DNA of 64,000 bases from Candidatus Bathyarchaeota archaeon (lineage in GTDB: Archaea; Thermoproteota; Bathyarchaeia; Bathyarchaeales; Bathyarchaeaceae): NCBI GenBank assembly GCA_004376295.1, contig SOJZ01000005.1, positions 110,554 to 174,553 of the forward strand. Reading direction: 5' to 3'. Made by a program: the position numbers and the translations under genes. A model generated the notes under the pieces. It ran no database searches, was not told the DNA's origin, and saw only the letters and a list, made by a program, of their open reading frames with translations. Within the stretch, counting starts at the first letter, position 1, and each line of letters opens with the position of its first letter. Positions 10,913 through 20,507 of the stretch are shown one piece after another.

Positions 10913-13900
10913 TTGGAGAAGAAAGCGATTTCTGGAATAATGCTGACACTGCTCGTAATAAGCATGTTATCATCAGCATTTATCATTCAACCAGCAAAAG
11001 CAGAGCTTACTACAATTATTGTTCCAGACGATTATCCCACAATTCAACAAGCCATAAATGCAGCAAACTCTGGAGACACTATCTACGTAAGACCGGGGAC
11101 ATACTACGAAAACATAGTTGTAGGCAAAACATTATCGATTATGGGAGAAAACAGGAAGACTACATTTATTGATGGCGCTTTTGTGGACACAGTCATCCAC
11201 GTGACGGCTAACAACGTTGTCATTAAAGGATTCACTTTACAGAATTGTGGTTATGTAGCCGTGGGTGCAGGTATCATTTTGTTGTCTAGCAATAACACTA
11301 TTTCTGGAAATGACTTCAGAGACAACGAAGTTGGCGTCGTTGTGCGGTCCGATAGTAACTCTATTTTCGGGAATGAGTTAACAAATAACGACGCTGGCAT
11401 CTGGTTAGATTGGGCGTCTTCTAACACCATTTCGGGAAACAACATAACACGCAACTCGTATGGTGGCATCTCCTTAGCCTCGTCGTCTCATAACATAATT
11501 TTCGGAAATAACATAACCTATAACAATTGGTTTGGCGTGGGCACGCGTAGATCTTCAAATAACACCTTTTACCATAACAACATTGTGGATAACGAGGCCC
11601 AAGTAATAAGCTGGGACTCGGACTCACTTAATATTTGGGATATCGGTTATCCTACTGGAGGAAACTACTGGAGCGACTACGAGGAGAGATATCCCTATGC
11701 TGAGGAGCTGGATGATTCGGGCATATGGGACACACCATACGTTATTGACGAGAACAATCAAGATAACTATCCGCTGATGCAACCATATAGCGTTAGTCCT
11801 GAAGCTGATTGGCCTACATTTCACCATGACAACAGCCGTACTGGGTACTCGACTTCAAAAGCGCCGAACACCGACAATTTACTGTGGGTTAGTGCGCATG
11901 TTGGATCAATTTTTACTTCCTCTCCAGCAGTTGTTGGCGGCAAGGTTTTCATAGGGACAGATGCTACCACTGAACCGATCGTGGCTTTAGATGAAAACAC
12001 TGGAAATATCCTTTGGAGTTTCTGGATGGGTCAGGTCTGGTCTTCTCCAGCTGTTGGTGACGGAAAGGTCTTTATAAGCTCGATTGAAAGGCTCTACGCC
12101 TTAGAAGAGAATACGGGAACACTGATATGGAGTTACATTTGTGATTTTCTTAGTTCTTCGCCAGCATTTACTAATGGTAAAGTCTTTATAGGCTCAGGTG
12201 ATGCAGAGGGAAAAGTTTATTGTTTTGAGGCAGACACTGGAGAAGTGATGTGGAAAAGCCCCTCAACAGAAGGTTATATACTGGGGGCCCCTGCAGTTTC
12301 CAATGGTAAAGTCTTCATAGGTTCTGGACGAGCAACGCTGAATAACAAAGTCTATGCTTTCGACCAGCAGACGGGCGAAACAATATGGACATACACCATA
12401 GGTGATCAGATACTTTCTTCTCCTTCGGTAGCGTATGGTAAGGTTTTCATAGCCTCATTAAACCGTGGAGTCTATGCTCTTGATGAAGCTACCGGGAACT
12501 TCATATGGAAGTACGAAACAAGCGGTATTATTTTTGGTTCTTCTCCTGCTGTAGCCTACGGTAAAGTTTTCATAGGATCGGGTGACGGCAAAATATACGC
12601 ATTGGACGCAACGACTGGATCGTTGATATGGACTCATACTACCGGTGATGCAATTACGGGATCTTCTCCGGCTGTTGCTGATGGCAAAGTCTTCATCGGA
12701 TCAGAGGATGGGAAAATTTATGCTTTAGATCAGAAAACGGGATCATTAATATGGAGTTATACAACTGGCGATAAAGTATTTTCTTCTCCAGCGGTTGCGA
12801 ATGGTAAGGTCTTCATAGGGTCATGGGATGGCAGGGTTTATGCCTTCGGCCCTACAGTAGAGGATTTGCCTCCAACATGTATTATTGAACTTCAAGAAGA
12901 TGGCGTTGAAATAGATGAGATTGATGTTGGGGAGTTTTTCGATATTTATGTTGGGGATTCTACTGATGATACTGGCATTAAGCAAGTTCGTTTTTCAAGC
13001 GATGATTTCCAAGATGGCAATTCTACCGGAGAATGGACGGATTGGTATAATTGGGATAGTTCTTTGGGAGATTGGAATGCTTCCACTGAAATTAAAGGCT
13101 GGGCATTTGCTACGGGCGGAGATAAAGAAGTTTGGGCAGAAGTGAAAGATGATATAGGTCAGACTGCTAACTGTTCTGCTACCATCCGTGCTCTAGAGTG
13201 GAAGTTCGCCATCATCACAGACCTTCACATCGGCCGGGGGTATCCTGATTATGGCGGGAAGGGTATAGACATCATTGAAGACCAGGAAGTAGCTGGTCAG
13301 GATTATTACCTTACAGAAAGGCTGAATAATATTGTTAGATGGATAAACGATTATAAAACCAAATATAACATTAAATTTGTCGTTGTCCTTGGAGATATTA
13401 GCGATAGCGGTGAATATTCAGAGCTTAAGAAGGCAAAAGACATCTTAGATAAGCTGGATGTGGATGTGCCTTACATTCCAGTAATAGGGAACCATGACGT
13501 TTGGCCTTATACCAAGGATGAAGAATTTGAATATGTGAGATACTTTGAACACGTTTTCAGAGATCAATTTGAAAAACTCGAAAGAGATACTTCTTTCAAC
13601 TTGCACAAGCAGCCAAATCCTGATCCTCAAGACCTACAGAACTATGCTTTTATTTATGAAGGAATAAAATTCGTCATCTTAGACTGCGTTTCAAGAGAGC
13701 CTGCCTTCTCAGGCTTAGGTGAAGGCGTTAGCCCTGTGGCTGTTCTTCATGAGAAGACTAAGGAGTGGCTCAACAACTCTCTATCTGAAGGAAAACCCAC
13801 TATCATATTCTCACATCACCCAATGATCGAGGAGAAGAAATTCGTCTTTTCCTTGGCTTTTGATATCGACACTCTAATATGTATCGAGGAGATCATTATG

Positions 13901-15226
13901 GAGGCTAAGTATACCTTTGGCACCGAAGTATTGGCAAATTTCGCTGGGCACATTCACGGCTACTATAGCGAGTATGAACTATTTTGGCCTGAATGGGTGC
14001 CAGAAGAATACCGCAAGAATCCTCACTTTATGCATGCCAATAGAGACTATGGAGAAGAGAGATACACTCCAGCGGATATACCAGTAGTAACAACAGAAGC
14101 TGTGATGGTGGCGTCAAACGAGCCAGTACCTAAAGGCGTTATCAGAATCGTGAAAGTAAAAGGTGAGGTAGAAATTAACTATAGCACAATTGACGGAGAG
14201 TTCCGTGCCCTAAACCCGTATTTTAAGGCGACGGTGCCTGCTCTCAAAGATATCCTGATCGAAGAACCCTTATGGCGTCGGTGGGATTTAATAAGGGGGA
14301 GGTTGATTCGCGTTGATTTTAAAGCATTTGCTTTCACTACAAGGGTCTCAAAGGAACGTAATCTCTGTTACATTCTGGAATACGAAGACGGTTCATGGGA
14401 CGATGCTTGGACTGATGAAGTAAAGCCGGTCACGTTCACTCACTATATCGATGTTCCCTATCCAGAACAATACAGAACATACGACGTAAATTTAACGGTG
14501 ATTGGATGGACACCAGAAGGCGAGAAGATAAAGGAGAAGATAACAAAAGAGATAACGCTTCCACCGCATCAACCGCGGCTCATTACTATAACTTTCAGTC
14601 CAGTTGACATGGCTGTTACGGATCCTGACGGTCGTACGATCAGCAAGCAATTAAATGAAATTCCGGGAGCAACGTATATTGAGTTTGATTTAAACGAGGA
14701 CGGTGATCTTGACGATTTAGTTCTCATCCCAGATCCGCTCGATGGAAACTATGAGGTTCTTTTGATTGGAACGGCTACAGGGATTTACTCCGTGACGACA
14801 GAATTCATCACTCTGCAAGAAACTATAACTCAAACTTATACTGGTGAAACAGTTGAAGGCGCCGTTTACGTCTATACTGTCTCTATTGCTGAGGACGTGA
14901 TGACCGCTAATCCAGACTCTGTAGCCGAGCTTGAGCATCTTAAGGAATTCATTGACGAGTTGCCTGATGATTCTTTCAACATACCTGAGCTGGCAAACCA
15001 AAGGAAGAAAGCATTGTTCAATAAAATCGACGAGGTCATCTTGAAGGTTGAAGCTGGCAATTACACCGATGTCATCAACAAGCTATTTCATGACATCAGA
15101 GCCAAGATGGACGGCGACTCAACAGCTAGGGACTGGATCGTAGACCCAGAAATGCAAACTAGTCTCTGCGTCATCATCGACCACATAATCTCCAGCATTG
15201 AAACATTACAACCGCAACCAGATTGA
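10913..15226 (+). CDS. giant secreted multidomain protein: beta-helix + PQQ-like beta-propeller + metallophosphoesterase + C-terminal domains
   Basis: Signal peptide MEKKAISGIMLTLLVISMLSSAFIIQPAKA. NosD/PbH1-like repeats (NNTISGNDF, SNSIFGNEL, SNTISGNNI, HNIIFGNNI) lie at about nt 11000-11780. Eight GKVFIGS...YALD..TG...W blades lie at about nt 11795-12850. All five calcineurin-like motifs are present: DLH (about 13220), GDISD, GNHD, SHHP and GHIHG (about 13950). Confidence 0.8.
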   Translation: MEKKAISGIMLTLLVISMLSSAFIIQPAKAELTTIIVPDDYPTIQQAINAANSGDTIYVRPGTYYENIVVGKTLSIMGENRKTTFIDGAFVDTVIHVTANNVVIKGFTLQNCGYVAVGAGIILLSSNNTISGNDFRDNEVGVVVRSDSNSIFGNELTNNDAGIWLDWASSNTISGNNITRNSYGGISLASSSHNIIFGNNITYNNWFGVGTRRSSNNTFYHNNIVDNEAQVISWDSDSLNIWDIGYPTGGNYWSDYEERYPYAEELDDSGIWDTPYVIDENNQDNYPLMQPYSVSPEADWPTFHHDNSRTGYSTSKAPNTDNLLWVSAHVGSIFTSSPAVVGGKVFIGTDATTEPIVALDENTGNILWSFWMGQVWSSPAVGDGKVFISSIERLYALEENTGTLIWSYICDFLSSSPAFTNGKVFIGSGDAEGKVYCFEADTGEVMWKSPSTEGYILGAPAVSNGKVFIGSGRATLNNKVYAFDQQTGETIWTYTIGDQILSSPSVAYGKVFIASLNRGVYALDEATGNFIWKYETSGIIFGSSPAVAYGKVFIGSGDGKIYALDATTGSLIWTHTTGDAITGSSPAVADGKVFIGSEDGKIYALDQKTGSLIWSYTTGDKVFSSPAVANGKVFIGSWDGRVYAFGPTVEDLPPTCIIELQEDGVEIDEIDVGEFFDIYVGDSTDDTGIKQVRFSSDDFQDGNSTGEWTDWYNWDSSLGDWNASTEIKGWAFATGGDKEVWAEVKDDIGQTANCSATIRALEWKFAIITDLHIGRGYPDYGGKGIDIIEDQEVAGQDYYLTERLNNIVRWINDYKTKYNIKFVVVLGDISDSGEYSELKKAKDILDKLDVDVPYIPVIGNHDVWPYTKDEEFEYVRYFEHVFRDQFEKLERDTSFNLHKQPNPDPQDLQNYAFIYEGIKFVILDCVSREPAFSGLGEGVSPVAVLHEKTKEWLNNSLSEGKPTIIFSHHPMIEEKKFVFSLAFDIDTLICIEEIIMEAKYTFGTEVLANFAGHIHGYYSEYELFWPEWVPEEYRKNPHFMHANRDYGEERYTPADIPVVTTEAVMVASNEPVPKGVIRIVKVKGEVEINYSTIDGEFRALNPYFKATVPALKDILIEEPLWRRWDLIRGRLIRVDFKAFAFTTRVSKERNLCYILEYEDGSWDDAWTDEVKPVTFTHYIDVPYPEQYRTYDVNLTVIGWTPEGEKIKEKITKEITLPPHQPRLITITFSPVDMAVTDPDGRTISKQLNEIPGATYIEFDLNEDGDLDDLVLIPDPLDGNYEVLLIGTATGIYSVTTEFITLQETITQTYTGETVEGAVYVYTVSIAEDVMTANPDSVAELEHLKEFIDELPDDSFNIPELANQRKKALFNKIDEVILKVEAGNYTDVINKLFHDIRAKMDGDSTARDWIVDPEMQTSLCVIIDHIISSIETLQPQPD

Positions 15227-15610
15227 AAAGTGCTGAAAAGAACACCAAACCTCCTCTCTCTTTTCTTTGCTTTGCTTTTGTTTGTGTATGGGAAGCTGGA
15301 GGTGCGTGGCATTTTAACCAGTTTGTCGGCCTGGACCTTAAAGAAGAGGTGTCTTCCATCACAACGGAAATTAACCCTTATGAGGGATAGTTTTCACGTC
15401 GTCATGGCCTAGGTTCGATCAGTTAGAGGATGGATTGGATAGTCTCACCGACAAGGTAATAACTGAGGTCAAGGATTGAACGAGCCGAAAAACCTTTCGC
15501 CGAACCCACCAAACCAGTTCCAAGCGTGCACTAAGGAAAATAAGAACATTTAGGGCGTGTAAAATCAAGATATACTTAAGAAAATTAACCTTTAAGGTTC
15601 ATTAAATTTA

Positions 15611-16888
15611 TTATTCGTTAATTACGGTTCCTTTGTCCACAACAAGTCTTCCTTCTTTTATCACCTTGTCCACTAGATTTACTCCAAATCGGTACCCGAG
15701 AAATTTATGGTTTGGAGCGTCTAAAACAGTGATATCAGCCTTTTTGTCAGGCTCTAAGGTTCCTACATTCTGTGCTCGGCTTATAGCGTGAGCGGCGTTT
15801 ATGGTTGTCGCCACTATCGCTTCCGCAGACATCATCCTCATCTCGCGACAAGCTAACGCAATTACGATCTGCTGATTCTCCACCCAACAGTTCGGGTTGT
15901 AATCCGTTCCCAAAGCAACAGGTACACCCAATTGAATAATCTTTCTAGCATCCGCATAGTAGTCCATCATAAGCGAGAAAGACGCTCCTGGAAGCAGAAC
16001 CGCAACCGTCCCTTGCTTCGCCATCGCCCTTAACCCATTGTCGGAAGAAAAAAGCAAATGATCCGCTGAAACCGCTCGCATTTCCGCGGCCAATTCAGCG
16101 CCTCCAAGCCTAGTCATCTCGTCTGCGTGTAGTTTGGGTAATAAACCATGTTTTCTACCACTTAGGAGAATTTTTCTAGACTGTTCTACGCTAAATACTC
16201 CCTTTTCGCAGAAAACATCGCAAAATTCCGCTAACCTACTGCTTGCAACTGCAGGAATCATCTCGTTTATCACGAGGTTTACATACTCATCTGCTTTGCC
16301 TTTGTACTCTAATGGGATGGCGTGAGCCCCAAGGAATGTGGGCACGATGTCGATTGGGTGCTCTTTGTCCAACAGTTTCATGACTTCTAAGCATTTTATC
16401 TCATCTTTTGTAGTTAATCCGTAACCGCTTTTCGCTTCCACAGTAGTTGTTCCATGCCGTAACATAATGTCCAAGGTTTCTTTGCAGTTTTCAAACAGCT
16501 CTTCCTTGCTGGCTTTTCTCGTTTCGTTTACGGTTCTTAGAATTCCGCCTCCTTTCTCTAGGATTTCCATGTATGTAGAGCCGTGTATCCTCATTTCAAA
16601 TTCGTCTTCTCTGGAACCGGAGAAAACTAAGTGTGTGTGAGGGTCTACAAAGCCTGGCATAACCACTTTTCCGCGGGCATCTATCGTTTCCTCGCTTTCG
16701 AATTTACTTTTGATTTCCCGTGTTTTCCCTACAGCAACTATTCTTCCATCCCTAACGGCTATACTGCCGCCTTTGATGATGCCCAAATCTCTCATTCGTT
16801 CGCCCACAAGCGGTCTTTGAGTTCCTCCACGCAGGGTAACAAGCTCACTAGCGTTTTCAATCAGCAAGTCTGCCTTTTCTTTGGCCAC
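15611..16888 (-). CDS. hutI: imidazolonepropionase
   Basis: 425 aa amidohydrolase with PGFVDPHTHLVF and the HADE motif region LHADEM. Overall it resembles HutI, and it sits next to a formimidoyltransferase gene. Confidence 0.9.
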   Translation of the reverse strand: MAKEKADLLIENASELVTLRGGTQRPLVGERMRDLGIIKGGSIAVRDGRIVAVGKTREIKSKFESEETIDARGKVVMPGFVDPHTHLVFSGSREDEFEMRIHGSTYMEILEKGGGILRTVNETRKASKEELFENCKETLDIMLRHGTTTVEAKSGYGLTTKDEIKCLEVMKLLDKEHPIDIVPTFLGAHAIPLEYKGKADEYVNLVINEMIPAVASSRLAEFCDVFCEKGVFSVEQSRKILLSGRKHGLLPKLHADEMTRLGGAELAAEMRAVSADHLLFSSDNGLRAMAKQGTVAVLLPGASFSLMMDYYADARKIIQLGVPVALGTDYNPNCWVENQQIVIALACREMRMMSAEAIVATTINAAHAISRAQNVGTLEPDKKADITVLDAPNHKFLGYRFGVNLVDKVIKEGRLVVDKGTVINE

Positions 16889-16889
16889 T

Positions 16890-17804
16890 TTACTCTCGCC
16901 CTTTTTCTATGGCTTTTTGTACAGCAACTTCCAAGATTCTATTTTCATCTAAATTGTCTATCTTCAGGTAATACTTGGCTGTGTCTATTATCGCCCGTAA
17001 CGGTGCTAATCCACAGAATTCTGACCCGACTATAGGAACATTGTATCGTTTCGCCTCAATTTGAATCAATTCGAAAACTCTGTACAGAGGTGTTTTCTCG
17101 AAGTTGCTTATGCTCATTCCAATCTGAGTGATCTTTTTCTCCGGTATTTCCGCAGCCATGGCCTTCACAAAGACCAGTCCTCCTTTCTTAGCATGCAACG
17201 CCTTGGCTATTTTCTTGGCTATTCGAATATCGGCCGTTCCGAGGTTCACGTTAAAGCCCGCCATCACTTTTCGGGCACCAGTTATCGTCGCGCCTGCTGT
17301 GGGGTGGGGAGAAATTGGTCCAAAGTCTGGTTTCCGCTCTGGCTTCCTGAGCATTTCTCGGAGGCCTTCATATTCACCTAGCCTTATCCAGTCTATATCG
17401 CTTCTTTCGGAACTGGTGGCAGCTTCTCCGTAAAGATAGACTGGTACGTCGCATCTTTCCGCTAGCTTCTTCCCAAATTTCCTTGCCAACTCGATGCAGT
17501 CTTTTATGCTGACGTTTCGGATTGGAATAAATGGTACGACATCTACGGCTCCGATGCGTGGATGCTGGCCCTTATGGCTGTTCATATCTATGAGTTCAAT
17601 GGCTTTTATGGCCAATTTCAGAGCCGCCGTAAAAACCGAGTTCTTGTTACCTATGTAGGAAACAACGAGCCTATTATAGTAGTTATCGTACGTGTGGTCG
17701 AGGAGATAGGCTTCCTTAACCTTCTTTATCTCGTTTAGGATAGCTTCCACGACTTTTGGATTGGATGTGCTAAAATTTGGTATGCACTCGACGACTTCTT
17801 TCAA
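16890..17804 (-). CDS. glutamate formimidoyltransferase (FT domain only, no cyclodeaminase domain)
   Basis: 304 aa. The N-terminus ECIPNFSTSNPKVVEAI and HPRIGAVDVVPFIP are characteristic of the FTCD N-terminal domain. The stop lies 1 nt from the hutI start. Confidence 0.85.
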   Translation of the reverse strand: MKEVVECIPNFSTSNPKVVEAILNEIKKVKEAYLLDHTYDNYYNRLVVSYIGNKNSVFTAALKLAIKAIELIDMNSHKGQHPRIGAVDVVPFIPIRNVSIKDCIELARKFGKKLAERCDVPVYLYGEAATSSERSDIDWIRLGEYEGLREMLRKPERKPDFGPISPHPTAGATITGARKVMAGFNVNLGTADIRIAKKIAKALHAKKGGLVFVKAMAAEIPEKKITQIGMSISNFEKTPLYRVFELIQIEAKRYNVPIVGSEFCGLAPLRAIIDTAKYYLKIDNLDENRILEVAVQKAIEKGRE

Positions 17805-17898
17805 GTTGTGTCCTCCATTTCTATGAGTTGGATTGTTATACTGTATTAAACTTTAAGTTGTTTTAGAAGCCATGACGTAACGTCACTTGTAGTTCAAG

Positions 17899-18561
17899 GT
17901 GGCAAGGCTTAAATTATTCATTGCTTCAACTTCTATTCCGCTTTTCCCGAGGAGAAAAATCTTGGGCTCAGAGTTGAAATTGGAGATTCCTACGTGGGAG
18001 CAGATTTATGAAATGCTTCTGAATCTCGCCAACAAAATCCGAAAAGATGGTCTTAAACCAGACGTGATTCTAGGTGTTTCGCGTGGAGGATGGCCTCCCG
18101 CGAGAGTGCTATCTGATTTGCTGGAAAACCCTGAGCTTGCGAATGTTAAGACAGAATTTTACATGGGGGTTGCAGAGACCAAGAGTGAACCCACGATAAC
18201 GCAGCCAGTTTCCATTTCAGTGCAAGACAAAAAGGTGCTTGTTGTAGACGAAATCGCAGACACAGGTAAAAGCCTTCGACTCATACAATCGCATTTGAAG
18301 AAGCAAGGTGCATCTGAAATCAAAATTGCAACAATTTATTATAAACCATGGAGCGTGGTGACTCCCGACTATTACGAAAAAGAATCAAGTGCATGGGTTG
18401 TTTTTCCTTGGGAAAGAAAAGAAACGGTGAGAAATGTTGTTAAGAGATTTAAAAGCGAAGGCAAGACTGTAGAAGAGGCCAAGGAAACACTGATACGCCA
18501 TGGTTTAGACCGCAAGTTGGTGGAAAGATTCCTCGGAGAGATTCTTGAGGGGCAAGCTTGA
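17899..18561 (+). CDS. purine phosphoribosyltransferase (Hpt-like)
   Basis: PRPP-binding motif VLVVDEIADTGKSL, and PDVILGVSRGGWPPARVLSDLL. The true start may be the in-frame TTG near 17962. Confidence 0.75.
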   Translation: MARLKLFIASTSIPLFPRRKILGSELKLEIPTWEQIYEMLLNLANKIRKDGLKPDVILGVSRGGWPPARVLSDLLENPELANVKTEFYMGVAETKSEPTITQPVSISVQDKKVLVVDEIADTGKSLRLIQSHLKKQGASEIKIATIYYKPWSVVTPDYYEKESSAWVVFPWERKETVRNVVKRFKSEGKTVEEAKETLIRHGLDRKLVERFLGEILEGQA

Positions 18562-19127
18562 TTCGGAAGCTAGAAGGCTTTAACAAATACATCCTTATCG
18601 CTGGCTTTAGAGATGTCAAGATTAAAAACATTGACAAGTTTTTCATTCTTGTTAAAGAAAAAACTAGAAATGTCTGTGTCCAGTTTTTTGATGCAAAGCT
18701 GGTGGCGGGTTGGCAACATCTCTACTTTGCTGCTTTAAATGCAGTTACTGCTTTCAAAAACAGGTTGAATATTTCGAACAATTTGGGCATTGAAATCCTT
18801 CTTTATGCTTCAGCTCAAAGACAAATCAAGGAAGCCGTAAAGCTTATTGGAATTCATCCGACTTCCCGCAAGGTTGCCGTTGTCATCGTGGCAAACACTC
18901 GCAGCAAGGCTTCATCGCTATTGAGTGTAATTTCTTTCCTGCTGACGGGAAGCATACGAGACGATGGGCTTCTTGAGCTGACCGATGATAAGCTTGAGGG
19001 TATAAGGAGGCTTTTTGAAATTTCGGACATTGAATTAGAGGCAAATGTGGAGAAAGAAGACGGCGAGAAAGAAGCTTTAATGGATTTAGTGATTGAACAC
19101 GTGGCGTTGCTTGTGACTCAACGTTAG
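18558..19127 (+). CDS. cgi121: KEOPS complex subunit Cgi121
   Basis: EILLYASAQRQIKEAVKLIG and IRDDGLLELTDDKLEGIRRLFEIS closely parallel Methanocaldococcus Cgi121 as I recall it (EILVRASGQRQIHEAIKIIG, EIDDSVLEINEDKERLIREIFKI). Confidence 0.85.
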   Translation: MIRKLEGFNKYILIAGFRDVKIKNIDKFFILVKEKTRNVCVQFFDAKLVAGWQHLYFAALNAVTAFKNRLNISNNLGIEILLYASAQRQIKEAVKLIGIHPTSRKVAVVIVANTRSKASSLLSVISFLLTGSIRDDGLLELTDDKLEGIRRLFEISDIELEANVEKEDGEKEALMDLVIEHVALLVTQR

Positions 19128-19151
19128 GATCGCTCCCAAGATTTCATCTTT

Positions 19152-19592
19152 TCACCCTTTTGCTCTTTTGGAAACGACGTATACTCTTGTACGTAGAAGC
19201 CCGTCCCACATAATTAGCATTTCATGCTTTTTCTCCCACTTTAGGAAAAGGACAATTACAATCACATAAGAAGTAACCAGCTCCGGGTATGCAAAATTTA
19301 GCATATAAATCCCAGCCTCCAACCCTAAACTGAGAATAAGATAAATCCCAATAGATATCATGGCAATAACTGCGAATAACAACCATGCCAGCGTTCTTAG
19401 GGTCGCTCTAATTTCCCCCTTCCCTTCAAGAATACTAGTACTCCTTAACACCACTAGGACACCGAAAAGCAAACCCACTACGACCCCAAGGCATCCAATG
19501 ATAAGATTTAAACCATAGATCACTATGAACCGAAACCATAAAAGAGCCCAGAGTGGGAGAAATAATGTATAAAAAACAACCAATCTGCCCAC
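19152..19592 (-). CDS. small integral membrane protein (about 4 TM), unknown function
   Basis: 146 aa, highly hydrophobic (LVVFYTLFLPLWALLWFRFIVIYGLNLIIGCLGVVVGLLFGVLVVL...). Confidence 0.55.
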   Translation of the reverse strand: MGRLVVFYTLFLPLWALLWFRFIVIYGLNLIIGCLGVVVGLLFGVLVVLRSTSILEGKGEIRATLRTLAWLLFAVIAMISIGIYLILSLGLEAGIYMLNFAYPELVTSYVIVIVLFLKWEKKHEMLIMWDGLLRTRVYVVSKRAKG

Positions 19593-19711
19593 GCTTTACG
19601 CCCCCTAACCTCATATCAGTGGATCTACCTTTAGATATTACGAGGAGGAACTAACGTATTAAGTTTCTGACACCAATTTTAGATTCACACTCTTGCTTTT
19701 CAATTGCATGC

Positions 19712-19951
19712 ATGCATGCCGAAACAAAGCAAGGGGCGAACGCGGCTTTAGAAATCGTTTCTCAGCTGATGCCCGGCGAACGTGATGATAGTGTTCTTGA
19801 GTTGATTGATGAAAAAGTTGAGGATATCAGAAGGTTGTTTGGTATTTCTGATCTTGAACTTGAGGCTAAATTGGAGAAGAAGGGCCTTGAAAAGGAAGCC
19901 TTGATTGACTTGGTGATCGAACACGTGGCTTTGCTGGTAACTCGGCGTTAG
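19712..19951 (+). CDS. stand-alone paralog of the Cgi121 C-terminal segment
   Basis: 79 aa ORF. Its last 56 residues match the last 56 residues of the upstream Cgi121 at 41/56 positions (counted by eye), including DLVIEHVALLVT. Confidence 0.45.
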   Translation: MHAETKQGANAALEIVSQLMPGERDDSVLELIDEKVEDIRRLFGISDLELEAKLEKKGLEKEALIDLVIEHVALLVTRR

Positions 19952-20500
19952 CTATGTCCGTTCTTTCACCACCGACAAGATGTCTGCGGGTTTTATAACT
20001 GATATACCTGTTAGTTCCCCAATGATTTCTATGAGAACGATTTTGTCTGGGTTTTCCAGGTCCACTTTTCTGTCAATGTTCGTTGCTGCAACTTCGATTA
20101 TCTCTTTAGTTGAAAGCGTAGTGAATCTTTTCTCCACCGCCACGCGGAATGTTTCGTTTTGATTTATTTTTGAAGCGAGTTCCGTAGCTGTTTTTTGGAT
20201 CTCTTCGAGATTCGTGTCTACAATCCTTTCGATGGGAATAACTCTGAGTGTGTAGCGGAATTCCCATGGGCTTTCTTTTAGTATCTCTCGAAACTTTTTG
20301 ATGACTTCGAAGGGGTTAAGTGTTGTTTTGGCGGTTACGAGCCCTACGACCCCTGTTTTGTCAATCGTAGCTGATGTGTCGCCTATTACACTTAACAAGT
20401 GCCATGCCTCAGAACATGTGTTTTCTTCGTTCCCCCGAGAAGTCGAAATAAGTAGGTTAAAGTCCTTCAGCATCAACTTTTTCCTCCTAAAGTTAAACAA
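19952..20500 (-). CDS. THUMP-domain RNA-binding protein
   Basis: 182 aa. N-terminal LLISTSRGNEENTCSEAWHLL and the overall layout resemble archaeal stand-alone THUMP proteins. Assigned from memory. Confidence 0.55.
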   Translation of the reverse strand: MFNFRRKKLMLKDFNLLISTSRGNEENTCSEAWHLLSVIGDTSATIDKTGVVGLVTAKTTLNPFEVIKKFREILKESPWEFRYTLRVIPIERIVDTNLEEIQKTATELASKINQNETFRVAVEKRFTTLSTKEIIEVAATNIDRKVDLENPDKIVLIEIIGELTGISVIKPADILSVVKERT

Positions 20501-20507
20501 TGCTATT

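Noticed and set aside
15412-15420. A GGTTCGATC T-loop-like string in the 15227-15610 intergenic region, as a possible tRNA or tRNA fragment.
   Set aside because: The flanking bases do not form a T-stem or an acceptor stem, and no cloverleaf can be drawn.
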